Below, in pieces: positions 43,689 through 53,169 of a DNA stretch of 64,000 nucleotides. Each line of letters starts with the position of its first letter. The stretch's first letter is position 1. This DNA comes from Candidatus Nanoarchaeia archaeon (lineage in GTDB: Archaea; Nanobdellota; Nanobdellia; Woesearchaeales; GW2011-AR9). The stretch is taken from positions 1,548-65,547 of the forward strand of contig DATDXI010000066.1 in NCBI GenBank assembly GCA_035289385.1. Reading direction: 5' to 3'. Both the position numbers and the translations under genes were made by a program. Under the pieces are notes generated by a model. The model did no database searches, was not told the origin of the DNA, and saw only the letters and a program-made list of their open reading frames with translations.

Positions 43689-46028
43689 ATGGTGGAATTG
43701 ATCATTACCGAGAAACCTTCTTCAGCAAAAAAAGTAGCGGAAGCTTTAGCGGAAGGGAAGCTTGACCAGAAACGGTCAAAACAGTCTTCCTATTATGAGT
43801 TGACTCATGGGGGGAAAAAAATTATCGTCACCTCTGCCGTCGGGCATTTGTATGGATTGGTTGAAGATAAAAGAAATGGTTGGAATTATCCGGTGTTTGA
43901 CATCCGCTGGGAATCATCTGACAAGTCATCCAAGGATCTAAAGTATGTTAAAGATTATATTGATACCATTACTTCCTTAGCAAAAAAATGCGATGAGTTT
44001 ACGGTAGCGACGGACTATGATGTAGAGGGAGAAGTCATAGGGTTAAATGTCGTTCGCTATACGTGCAGCCAGAAAGATGCCAACAGGATGAAGTTTTCCA
44101 CTCTTACCAAGGGAGATCTCATTGAAGCTTATGACCAGAAAATGCATCATCTGGACTGGGGGCAGGCATTTGCCGGGGAGACAAGGCATAAATTAGATTG
44201 GTTTTATGGGATCAACTTAAGCCGTGCGTTAACTGCTTCCGTGAAAGCAGCAGGCAGCTTTAAAGTGATGTCTGCTGGAAGAGTGCAAGGGCCGGCATTA
44301 AAATTGTTGGTGGATAGAGAGCGGGAAATTCAAGCATTTACGCCGGAACCCTATTGGGAAATTTATCTTGATGGTGATTATAAAAATCACGCTGTGGAAG
44401 CGAAACACATCAGCGATAAGATTACAGATAAGACAGAAGCGGAACGCATTTTGCAAGTTGTCAAAGGGAAGAAAGAAGCGGCAGTTAGCAAGGTCAGCAG
44501 GACGATACGGAATCAAGCTCCTCCGTATCCTTTTGATTTAACCACCTTACAATCAGAATCATATGCCCAGTTTAAATTCACGCCAAAAGAGACATTAGAA
44601 ATTGCCCAAAGTTTGTATCTTGCGGGAGTCACTTCTTATCCCCGTACCAGCAGCCAGAAACTTGATCCAAAATTAGGCTTTAAAAAAATATTTACCGATT
44701 TAGCAAAACAGAGCATCTATGAAAAGATGTGCAAGGAATTGCTGAAACTTCCCAAACTTCAGCCGAATGATGGGAAAAAGACGGACCCGGCACATCCGGC
44801 CATCTATCCCACTGGCCTTATGCCACAAGCTCTTAAACCGAGAGAACAAAAGCTCTATGATCTTATCGTCAAGAGGTTTATGGCAACGTTTGCGGAGCCT
44901 GCTGTTCGGGAGACGATGGAAGTTATTCTTGCTGTCAATAAGGAAGAATTTATTGCTAAAGGGACGAGAACGATTAAAGAAAACTGGCATGTGTTCTATA
45001 AGCCCTATGTGAGGCTGGATGAAATAACATTGCCGGACATGAAGGAGGGCGAGCAAGTCACTGTTAAAGATATCCGGAAGGAAGACAAGGAGACGCAGCC
45101 TCCCAATCGCTTTAACCAGTCATCGATCATCAAAGAGCTTGAGAAAAGAAATCTGGGGACGAAAGCGACGAGGGCTGATATTCTTGATAGGCTATTCCAG
45201 CGAGGTTATATTGAAGGTGTGCAGATCAAAGTTATGAAGCTGGGGATGGAGACCATCGCCGTATTAGAGAAATATGCTCCGACTATCGTTGATGAGAAAC
45301 TTACTGCCGATATAGAAGGAGAGCTGGAGAAGATTAGAGAAGGGAAACAGAAGCCGGAAGCGGTCTTAGGAAGGGCTAAAGATATTTTGACCGACTTATT
45401 GCAAGACTTTAAGAAAAAAGAAAAAGTTATCGGGAAGGATATTCTCCAGTCCGTTCGTGAAACTCAGGATGAGCAGAACCATATCGGTGAATGCCCGAAA
45501 TGTAAAGGGAGATTGATGATCAAATTTGGGAAGTTTGGGAAATTTATCGCCTGTGACGGTTATCCTGCTTGTAAGGAGACATTTAAGATCCCTTCTACTG
45601 GGATGATCAAGAATTCTGAAAAAAAATGTGAAGCCTGTACGTATCCGATGATCAAGGTCATTCAGAAAGGGAAACGGCCACAGGAATTATGTATCAATCC
45701 TGCCTGTAAGAGCAAGATCCAGGCAACGAAAGCAGAAGCAAAATCGGACAAGAAATGCCCTAATTGCGGGAAGGAGATGCTCTTGCGAAAATCATTTTAT
45801 GGCCAGTTCTGGGGCTGTAGCGGCTTTCCCAAGTGTAAGACGATTGAGAACATCGCCTCATCAGGGATGGAAAAGAAGCCTGTGGAGAAGAGCGGGGATA
45901 CGTCGCTTGATAAGGCTGCTAATGTTGTATCTAAAGTTCCTGTTGATGATTCTTCTAAGGCTTTAGTGGATGATATTCAGAAGGTTTCTAAGAAAGCTGC
46001 TGGAAAGAAGAGTAGTTTGAAGAAGTAA
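43689..46028 (+). CDS. topA: DNA topoisomerase I (type IA) with C-terminal zinc-ribbon repeats; start placed at Met84 of the track ORF
   Basis: Toprim start MVELIITEKPSSAKKVAEAL, an active-site Tyr region (GVTSYPRTSSQKL) and C4 Zn ribbons (CPKCKGRL...CDGYPAC; CPNCGKEM...CSGFPKC). Confidence 0.85.
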   Translation: MVELIITEKPSSAKKVAEALAEGKLDQKRSKQSSYYELTHGGKKIIVTSAVGHLYGLVEDKRNGWNYPVFDIRWESSDKSSKDLKYVKDYIDTITSLAKKCDEFTVATDYDVEGEVIGLNVVRYTCSQKDANRMKFSTLTKGDLIEAYDQKMHHLDWGQAFAGETRHKLDWFYGINLSRALTASVKAAGSFKVMSAGRVQGPALKLLVDREREIQAFTPEPYWEIYLDGDYKNHAVEAKHISDKITDKTEAERILQVVKGKKEAAVSKVSRTIRNQAPPYPFDLTTLQSESYAQFKFTPKETLEIAQSLYLAGVTSYPRTSSQKLDPKLGFKKIFTDLAKQSIYEKMCKELLKLPKLQPNDGKKTDPAHPAIYPTGLMPQALKPREQKLYDLIVKRFMATFAEPAVRETMEVILAVNKEEFIAKGTRTIKENWHVFYKPYVRLDEITLPDMKEGEQVTVKDIRKEDKETQPPNRFNQSSIIKELEKRNLGTKATRADILDRLFQRGYIEGVQIKVMKLGMETIAVLEKYAPTIVDEKLTADIEGELEKIREGKQKPEAVLGRAKDILTDLLQDFKKKEKVIGKDILQSVRETQDEQNHIGECPKCKGRLMIKFGKFGKFIACDGYPACKETFKIPSTGMIKNSEKKCEACTYPMIKVIQKGKRPQELCINPACKSKIQATKAEAKSDKKCPNCGKEMLLRKSFYGQFWGCSGFPKCKTIENIASSGMEKKPVEKSGDTSLDKAANVVSKVPVDDSSKALVDDIQKVSKKAAGKKSSLKK

Positions 46029-46272
46029 TTTGTGAAGACGTAATTTTCTGAAGAAGTATTCTGTCCTTTATTCTGTGAAAATATGTACCTTATTCTGTAA
46101 AAAATCTGCCTTAAAGCATCTTCCTTTCATCTTGTTTCACCTTGTTTCAAGGATGAATTAAATATAACCCTCTCTTCTAGATCCTTAGAAGTTTGGCGGA
46201 TATCTGGTGAAGAGATTGCCGATTATCGTGAAGATATTATCCGGATATCAACAATAGCAATGCAGAGATGCG

Positions 46273-47466
46273 TTGGGAGGAACGACAATGAAAAAAATGA
46301 TAGGCTTGTTCATGGCCATGTTGGTGGTGATGAGTTTTCCGCTGGCATTCGCTGAAGAACAAGATGTGGATGCTGCCCTTGAGGCAGCTGTGAATGCAGA
46401 TGTAAGTGTAGATGGAGATGGAAGTGATAGTGGTGAAGAGACTGATGGCAGTACGGATGATCCGTCAACAGATGACGGGTCTGATGCAGGGTCTTCAGAT
46501 GGCTCCACTGGTGATGGAACGGCAGATGGAGAAGGAGATGAAACAGAAGATGGCAGCACTGATGGCGAAGATTCCAGTGACTCCGATGAGTCTACTGAGG
46601 ACGGATCTGCTGACAGTGATGATTCAGCGGATGATGCTGAAGATTCAGGAGCAGATGACGCAACTGATGATGGTGCAGCTTCTGATGACGGCAATGCTAC
46701 CGATGATGCCACAGAAGATGATGCTGGAGTGACGCCAGACAGTCCATTATGGGGAATCGAGCGAGCATTGGAAAGAATCGATTTGGCTTTAACCTTAAAT
46801 AAATCAAAAAAGGCCAAGAAAGGGTTAGCGCATGCTCGTGAAAGGTTAGCTGAAGTGCAGTTGATGATCGCTGCTAAGAAAGCTCAGCATGCCGAAAAAG
46901 CTCAGCAAGCCCATGATGAAGATTTAGCTGGTGTTGAAGAAGCTGTTGATGACTTGGAAAGCGACGGGAACTCTGATGTAGCCGAAGAAGCGCTGGGTGA
47001 AGTGTCTGAAATTAGGGCGAATCTTGCTGCCCATGCGGCAAAAGTTGCTGAAGTCAAAGATAGAATCCTTGCTAAGCAGAGAGCAAAGATGACCCCAGAG
47101 CAGATTGCTCATCTGGAAAAAGTCTTTGGAAAGATAAAAGCTAAGGCTGTAGAAAGTGAGCAGAAAGCTTCTGCAAAGCGCGAGAAGGTAAAAACGAAGC
47201 TCAAAGCTTTAGGCGAGCTGACAGATGAGCAAGTTGATGAGCTTGTCCAGAAGGTCGAGAAACGAACAAAATCCCAAAAGGACGGCAAAGAAGTTGAAGT
47301 CCGAGAGCGTTCCAAGGTTGATGTGAAAGATGGAAAAGCTGAAGTGAAGCAAGAGATCCGGGCAAAAGTAAAAGCTGACCTTGGTGAAGGGAAAGTAACG
47401 GGTAAAGCGACAGGCTCTGGCTCCGCTGGATCGAAAGGCGGGTCGGGAAAATCTGGCCGAGATTAA
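46273..47466 (+). CDS. Secreted highly acidic low-complexity protein (D/S/E/G/T-rich) with Lys/Glu-rich coiled-coil tail
   Basis: Signal peptide MKKMIGLFMAMLVVMSFPLAFA, about 130 aa of D/S/T/G repeats, then a helical K/E/A-rich region. Confidence 0.5.
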   Translation: MGGTTMKKMIGLFMAMLVVMSFPLAFAEEQDVDAALEAAVNADVSVDGDGSDSGEETDGSTDDPSTDDGSDAGSSDGSTGDGTADGEGDETEDGSTDGEDSSDSDESTEDGSADSDDSADDAEDSGADDATDDGAASDDGNATDDATEDDAGVTPDSPLWGIERALERIDLALTLNKSKKAKKGLAHARERLAEVQLMIAAKKAQHAEKAQQAHDEDLAGVEEAVDDLESDGNSDVAEEALGEVSEIRANLAAHAAKVAEVKDRILAKQRAKMTPEQIAHLEKVFGKIKAKAVESEQKASAKREKVKTKLKALGELTDEQVDELVQKVEKRTKSQKDGKEVEVRERSKVDVKDGKAEVKQEIRAKVKADLGEGKVTGKATGSGSAGSKGGSGKSGRD

Positions 47467-47475
47467 GCCAACACG

Positions 47476-47510
47476 TTTTTTTTCTTTTTTTTCATATTTT
47501 TTTTTGGTTG
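47476..47510 (+). terminator. Long T-tract after the acidic protein gene
   Basis: TTTTTTTTCTTTTTTTTCATATTTTTTTTTGG begins 10 nt after the stop. Confidence 0.35.
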
Positions 47511-47618
47511 TTCTCTCTGTTGTTCTCTGAGGTTGTCCAGTTAAATGGTTCTCTTTTTGTATTTGGCCTCTTTCCTGAAAAATGAGAGCATAATCTATTT
47601 AAATGGGTTAAGCTGTGA

Positions 47619-47969
47619 ATGGTTATGGATATTGAACTGCAAGAATTTGCTATGCCGGCTGTCAAGGTTGTCTTAACAGATAATGGGAAGGAAATCGGCC
47701 GGGGCTTTCTTTATATCATGAAAAATGAGCTTCATCAACAGCCGGGTAAGCAGTCTTTGGTGGGCTATATTGAAGATGTTTTTCTGGATGAGGAATATCG
47801 AAAGCAGCAATTAGGAAAAAAGATTGTTGAGAAAATCATTGATGAAGCAAAGAAAAGAGGCTGTTATAAGCTGATCGGAACATCACGGTATGGCCGGGAT
47901 AAATTACATGCCTATTATGAAAGCATGGGATTTAAGGATCACGGCAAGGAATTTAGGTTAGATCTGTAG
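47619..47969 (+). CDS. Small GNAT-family acetyltransferase
   Basis: VFLDEEYRKQQLGKKIVEKIIDEAKKRG is a GNAT motif A. Confidence 0.55.
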   Translation: MVMDIELQEFAMPAVKVVLTDNGKEIGRGFLYIMKNELHQQPGKQSLVGYIEDVFLDEEYRKQQLGKKIVEKIIDEAKKRGCYKLIGTSRYGRDKLHAYYESMGFKDHGKEFRLDL

Positions 47970-47976
47970 ATCATTT

Positions 47977-48624
47977 TTATTGAGATAATTTATCATTAGA
48001 CAATTTGTCAAAATCATGATATAATCTCTGCATGAATTCTTCTAGACTCTCCTCCTGATTCTCTTCGTTATTTCCCCTTTTATTTTCAAAATGGTAAAAG
48101 ACCTTCTTGAAGAGCTGCTGGAAGTTTTTTTCTGCTACTCTTGGATGCTCTTTTAACTTGATGATAAATGTATTCCAATCTTCTGTTAGTTGATTGAAGG
48201 GAGTGACTCCTTGCTCTTCCGCCCATTCGGCAAATGATTGTTTTTTATTGCTCTCAAACCCTGGGCTTGGGAAATTTGATAGTAAATAATGGATCTTTTC
48301 ATCATTATAGAATCTGCCTACTGGAAATAGCCGACATCGGATCGGCCGGAATTTATAGATGGTGCAGAGATTTTCCTTGTCTTTAAACTTGCAGCCAAAG
48401 CGGTTATGCAATAGGCAGCGGACGATATGGGTTTCGTCGATAGTAAAGAGGGAGTACTTCTGGTGAAATTCTTCGGTGGAGAGATGAAGATTGTCGCAGA
48501 TCAGCTTGATGTCAAAAGGATAAAGGCCGATCATCGTGCTGTCACAGCACTTTCCACATTTGGTGCATTTAAACTTGAATTTGTTATGTGCTTCCTTCGC
48601 TTCGAGAGGTAAGGGCAGTTCCAT
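47977..48624 (-). CDS. YkgJ/UPF0153-like cysteine-cluster protein
   Basis: CTKCGKCCDS...C..LH..C.F (the CxxCxxCC family). Confidence 0.55.
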   Translation of the reverse strand: MELPLPLEAKEAHNKFKFKCTKCGKCCDSTMIGLYPFDIKLICDNLHLSTEEFHQKYSLFTIDETHIVRCLLHNRFGCKFKDKENLCTIYKFRPIRCRLFPVGRFYNDEKIHYLLSNFPSPGFESNKKQSFAEWAEEQGVTPFNQLTEDWNTFIIKLKEHPRVAEKNFQQLFKKVFYHFENKRGNNEENQEESLEEFMQRLYHDFDKLSNDKLSQ

Positions 48625-48668
48625 GATGTGTTAAATATTCTTTTTTATTTTTTTTGTCGATATGAACT

Positions 48669-49439
48669 CTATTTTTTCTCTTTCTTCACTTTCCACAACT
48701 TTAGCATCTCCTCTTCCATGAAATGCATCTTGGCCGGGAAAATCAAGCAATAGGGTGGCTGACCAAAATCGATGGTTTTTATCTCTGCCAATTTTCCAAC
48801 TTTGATGATGTTATCACTGCCGATCCTAGCGCAGCCTACGACGAGAAGATTATCATGGATGACTCCTTCCTGTTTCACTTTTTCGATCTCTTCCAAACGT
48901 TCAATCGCTTCTTTTATCGTCATGAACTTATTTTTTTCTGGGTGAAGATCCAGCAGACAGAGCGTATGCATGTTCAGCAATGAATTTTCCCTCATGACCA
49001 TATAGGGCGTCTCCAGATGAGGCACATAATCTTTGAACGGAATAGATATTGTCTTGCCATATTTGTAGATCTCTAATCCTACCCTGCCCACAGCAGTGAT
49101 GATGGAAGCGTTGTTGATGATCTCTACATCCACGCCTTTTTCTTTTGCCAAGCGGAACAATTCTACGTGTGTCGTGGCAGAAAATGGATCGCCGATGACT
49201 AAGAAAGCAACATCTTTTTTTTGTGCTTCCTCAACAATCTTTTCTGCTCCCTGTTCGGCAGTTTCTCTGTTGGCGAGAGTTATCTTTTTGAGGTAGAACC
49301 GTTCCAGGTCTTCATAAGAGCATTGCAGTTTAGAAGTATAATTCTCCAGATAGATCTTGTCACATTTTCTGACAGCTTCCAGACCTTTGACGGTGATATC
49401 TTTTTCATTTCCTAAGCCGAGACCGATGATATAGAGCAT
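48669..49439 (-). CDS. dph5: Diphthine synthase (diphthamide biosynthesis methyltransferase)
   Basis: MLYIIGLGLGNEKDITVKGLEAVRKCDKIYLENYTS and a tetrapyrrole-methylase fold. Confidence 0.85.
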   Translation of the reverse strand: MLYIIGLGLGNEKDITVKGLEAVRKCDKIYLENYTSKLQCSYEDLERFYLKKITLANRETAEQGAEKIVEEAQKKDVAFLVIGDPFSATTHVELFRLAKEKGVDVEIINNASIITAVGRVGLEIYKYGKTISIPFKDYVPHLETPYMVMRENSLLNMHTLCLLDLHPEKNKFMTIKEAIERLEEIEKVKQEGVIHDNLLVVGCARIGSDNIIKVGKLAEIKTIDFGQPPYCLIFPAKMHFMEEEMLKLWKVKKEKK

Positions 49440-49528
49440 GATTCACTCTTTTATTCTTGTTCATATAAACCTTTGTGTACAGTAATGAGTTACCATCTGT
49501 AATGAATAGGGTTAAATCCCCTTAATCT

Positions 49529-51202
49529 TTAAATCACCTTGACCATATACGGTCCTTCTTTTTCATATCCCAGCTTTCTATAATATTCTTTGACGCCAAC
49601 ACCAGAAATGACAATCATCTTTTTCTTGCCCTGAGATAGAGCAATCTCTTCTGCTTTCTGCATCAGCTTCTTGCCCCAGCCTTTATGCTGCACTAAACCT
49701 TCTTCTCCTATAGCTGTTGCTGTGCCATAAACATGCAGTTCTCGGATCAAGGCAGAACCTTCCACTATTTCTGGACGGAGATATTCTTTAGGAAAGCGTA
49801 GCCGACAGAAGCCGATCAGCAGGTCTTGGCTCTTCTCTTCAGCAGAAATAAAAAATTCTTTTCCTCCGGAAGCAAGGTACTCTTGCACGCTGATAGTGAT
49901 GCTGTTCCATTGGATGTCTTTGCCTTTGGGTTCCCGGCAGCGGATACATCGACAATGGATCTTCTGTGTTTCAAACATATGTTGGCGTAAATTGGTTCTA
50001 TCAACACCAGCTTCCCAGTATTTGGTGGGAACATCTCTCTGGACTCTTTGAATTCGGCAATATTCTGGAACAGATTGTTTCCATTCTGCTATCCTTGATG
50101 ATGCTTCTTCGGTGGTGATAGGTACAAACAGCCCTTTCTTCCATTGGTGGTAGAGTGCCGTTCCCGGACCGACCATGCAGGGATACATCTTGATCATATC
50201 GGGCTTATATCCTTCGTCAGTAAACAACTCTTTCATGCCATGGAGATCCCTAGTTCTGTCTGTCAATGGCAAACCCGGCATGTAATGAATATTTATTTTC
50301 AATCCTAGATCTCTTAAAATTTGAATAGATCTTTTTGAATCAGCAGAATCATGGCCACGATGAACTTCTTTAAGGACATCATCATATACTGACTGGATGC
50401 CCAGCTCTACTCTGGTGCAGCCTTGACGCAACATCTCATTGCCATGCTCTAAGAAACCCCAGTCGGGCTTTGTCTCGATGCATAAGGCTACACATCGCAC
50501 ATTTGCCGTTTCATTCTTGAGCTGTTCCTGCTCTAATGTTGTCTGCGTGGCATGTTTTACCAGTAATGCTTTCTGCTTGATCTTTGTTTCCCTTTCTTGA
50601 TCATGCATCTCTCCGGGAAGCTCAAAAAATTCTTTGAATTTCAGATAATCAAAATCTCCTTGATGGAAGAAAAGATCAGAAAAATCATTCATCGCCTTGA
50701 ACGTATCGTAGATAAATTGCTCTTGGTATGTTTTCTCTGTTGCCGTAAATGTTCCCCCCATGACAATAATTTCCACTTTATCAAAGGCCTGGCCGAGCAA
50801 GACATATTGCTGCAGTCGGTTAAAAACTTGTAGGTAAGCATCATAATCATTTCGCATTCCCCTCATTGTTGCTGGTTCATGACCAGTATATGACTGAGGA
50901 ACATCTCCCCAGGGGCTATTTAATCCGCCGGGGCAGAAGGTACATTTTCCATGAGGGCATTTGTCTGGCTTGGTCATCAGCGCTACGGGGGCGACACCAG
51001 AGATGGTTCTTGTCGGTTTTGTAAGAAGTTTTTTTCGTAATACGGCCATCTCCTGCTCGGGAGCATGCATCAAGACATCGATGTTTGTAGGAATTCTCTT
51101 GAGCCTGTGCTTCAATGCAGCAGCTCTTTTTACTTTAGCCCATTCTTTTTCCTGATAGGTGTTCTGCCGTACTTCCTGCAAGAGCTCTTCATAAAATGCC
51201 AT
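49529..51202 (-). CDS. elp3: Elongator complex protein 3 homolog (radical SAM + GNAT tRNA modification enzyme)
   Basis: CPHGKCTFCPGG radical SAM cluster motif with a C-terminal GNAT (HKGWGKKLMQKAEEIA). Confidence 0.85.
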   Translation of the reverse strand: MAFYEELLQEVRQNTYQEKEWAKVKRAAALKHRLKRIPTNIDVLMHAPEQEMAVLRKKLLTKPTRTISGVAPVALMTKPDKCPHGKCTFCPGGLNSPWGDVPQSYTGHEPATMRGMRNDYDAYLQVFNRLQQYVLLGQAFDKVEIIVMGGTFTATEKTYQEQFIYDTFKAMNDFSDLFFHQGDFDYLKFKEFFELPGEMHDQERETKIKQKALLVKHATQTTLEQEQLKNETANVRCVALCIETKPDWGFLEHGNEMLRQGCTRVELGIQSVYDDVLKEVHRGHDSADSKRSIQILRDLGLKINIHYMPGLPLTDRTRDLHGMKELFTDEGYKPDMIKMYPCMVGPGTALYHQWKKGLFVPITTEEASSRIAEWKQSVPEYCRIQRVQRDVPTKYWEAGVDRTNLRQHMFETQKIHCRCIRCREPKGKDIQWNSITISVQEYLASGGKEFFISAEEKSQDLLIGFCRLRFPKEYLRPEIVEGSALIRELHVYGTATAIGEEGLVQHKGWGKKLMQKAEEIALSQGKKKMIVISGVGVKEYYRKLGYEKEGPYMVKVI

Positions 51203-51361
51203 ATCTTTGCCTATTTCAAGCCTCTTTTTTAAGACTTTCTTGAGAAATGTGATCGTTATTTTTGTCTTTGTAGTGATGGATAGCGCTCAATATCTGTATT
51301 TCCCTCTACCTCTCATTTTTTGCCGTAAGATTTATAAATACTTAACGATAGTTAATCTCTT

Positions 51362-51958
51362 ATGGTCATGGCAAAACAAGTATCAAAAACCGTTCAATTA
51401 AAGGAAGTTGAGCAAGCTATTACAGAAGAGACTACCATAGGAGATGTCGTCAAGAATTATCCAGAAGTAGTTGACACGTTGTTAAGCTTCGGCGTGCATT
51501 GCGTCGGCTGCCATGTTTCGGAATGGGAAGCTTTAGGTGATGGTTTACGCGGTCACGGCATGGAGGAAGAAGAAGTACAAAGTGCTATTGCAACCTTAAA
51601 TAAAGTAGTTGAAGAGCATAAGTCGGAGAGTAAGCAAGGGAATAATTTCACTTTTACCGGATTAGCATTACAAAAAATAAAAGAAGTGCTGAAGAAAGAG
51701 AAGAAAGCAGGGTTGAGGATAAAAGTGGAGCATGGTGGCTGTGCTGGATTTAGTTATGGGTTTAGCCTTACCAGCACTCCAAAAGAGGATGAGCAGGTCG
51801 TGGAAGAAGCTGGCGTGAAAGTCTTTGTCAGCCCGTTCTCGTTAGAGAAGATGAAAGGATCGACGATCGATTATGTTGATGGCTTGCAGGGTGCTGGATT
51901 TAAAGTAAGTAATCCTAATGCGAAGAGGAGCTGCGGCTGTGGCAATAGTTTCGGGTAG
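51362..51958 (+). CDS. Fusion of a DUF1858-type redox/disulfide domain with an IscA/HesB-type Fe-S cluster insertion domain
   Basis: N-terminal TIGDVVKNYPEVVDTLLSFGVHCVGCHVS (DUF1858). C-terminal LRIKVEHGGCAGFSYGF...CGCGNSF (A-type carrier signature). Confidence 0.6.
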   Translation: MVMAKQVSKTVQLKEVEQAITEETTIGDVVKNYPEVVDTLLSFGVHCVGCHVSEWEALGDGLRGHGMEEEEVQSAIATLNKVVEEHKSESKQGNNFTFTGLALQKIKEVLKKEKKAGLRIKVEHGGCAGFSYGFSLTSTPKEDEQVVEEAGVKVFVSPFSLEKMKGSTIDYVDGLQGAGFKVSNPNAKRSCGCGNSFG

Positions 51959-51973
51959 TGTTCTGGAGATTTC

Positions 51974-52633
51974 ATGCAAGATAAAGATTTAGATGCTATT
52001 GTTTTTTTAGTTGAACATGGTCATGAGCTTGCGTTAGAAGGAGATCTTCATGTCAAAGAACTGTTGGCATTATTGGATTATGGGCTGAATGGATCTGCTG
52101 ATGGCACTTCTGAAAAACTATCAATAGCTCTTCGCCAGCATGTCGTTATGAGCAGTTATCAGTATTCTCCGACACCATATGATCAAGAAGTAGCCCAGAT
52201 GCTTCTTCAACAAGCTGAGCCAGATCTTCAAGCATATCTTCGGCGTCTTCCTCCTGTTATTCGTGATGCTGAAGAGGTTTTTGGTGATACTATTGTGGAT
52301 AATGCCTTTCTGCATAGAGCTTATATGGGAATGGTAGAAGTGGTGATCGCGGAGACGCAAGAGGAGATTCTTCATTATCAGCGAAAGATCGCTGCAGCTG
52401 GAGATATTTTAGAAACAGACCTTTTAGATACACATAGAATTTATCGTCGTATGAAAGCAAGGGGAGAAGATCCTAATGCTCCAGAAGATCGGCCTTGGCA
52501 GGAAATCATGCAAGAATTTTTACAGGTTGAGGAAGAACGCTTGCCGGCGCTGCGTCTTTACCGTGAAGAATTGATGAAAGGATTAGATCGGGGAGAATAC
52601 GTTTTAAGGTTGCCGGCTGTACGAGGGGTTTAG
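51974..52633 (+). CDS. Hypothetical protein
   Basis: ORF only, 219 aa. Confidence 0.3.
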   Translation: MQDKDLDAIVFLVEHGHELALEGDLHVKELLALLDYGLNGSADGTSEKLSIALRQHVVMSSYQYSPTPYDQEVAQMLLQQAEPDLQAYLRRLPPVIRDAEEVFGDTIVDNAFLHRAYMGMVEVVIAETQEEILHYQRKIAAAGDILETDLLDTHRIYRRMKARGEDPNAPEDRPWQEIMQEFLQVEEERLPALRLYREELMKGLDRGEYVLRLPAVRGV

Positions 52634-52729
52634 GTGGTTAATCCTATTGCCTTTAGCAAGAGATGCATCAGCAACTTTTTTCTTTTCAAACCAAAAAATA
52701 TTTATACTTCTGAGTAGTTACTATATTTT

Positions 52730-53056
52730 ATGGGTCTTTACCATCATTTAAGGGCAGCTGCAGTTTATGCAGCACTAACTATTCCTATTTGGGTTCCTCT
52801 AGCAGTAGGTGGAGTAAAAGTAGCCCAGTCAGAAAGAATAGATGGATATAGTGTCCGTCAAGCGAATATTGGCCGTTGTGATGATGATGGATTGACTTGC
52901 ACCTATTGGAGTGATAGCAATGGTGATGGGCAGTTTGATACAAAACAAAGAGCAATATTAATGCCACCGGCAAGAAGCCCTTCACTTATTGTTGATGTGC
53001 CGTTTAGAGAAGAAGATAGAAGATTAACAGACAGTTTAGTTGCACGGTTGAAGTAA
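52730..53056 (+). CDS. Small secreted hypothetical protein
   Basis: N-terminal hydrophobic stretch. 108 aa. Confidence 0.3.
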   Translation: MGLYHHLRAAAVYAALTIPIWVPLAVGGVKVAQSERIDGYSVRQANIGRCDDDGLTCTYWSDSNGDGQFDTKQRAILMPPARSPSLIVDVPFREEDRRLTDSLVARLK

Positions 53057-53169
53057 ATTTTTCTTCTAGAATTTCTCTTTGCCTCATTTATGGCAGTATT
53101 ATCCTACTTAACTTTCTTTAGCCTCTTCCATCAAAATATATATAAAAGCAATAAGATTTTCTGCCTTAA

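Noticed and set aside
46248-46817. 189-aa Ser/Pro-rich ORF on the minus strand
   Set aside because: It lies entirely antisense to the repetitive D/S/T/G-coding part of the longer plus-strand gene, which has a clear signal peptide. It is most likely a shadow ORF created by codon periodicity.
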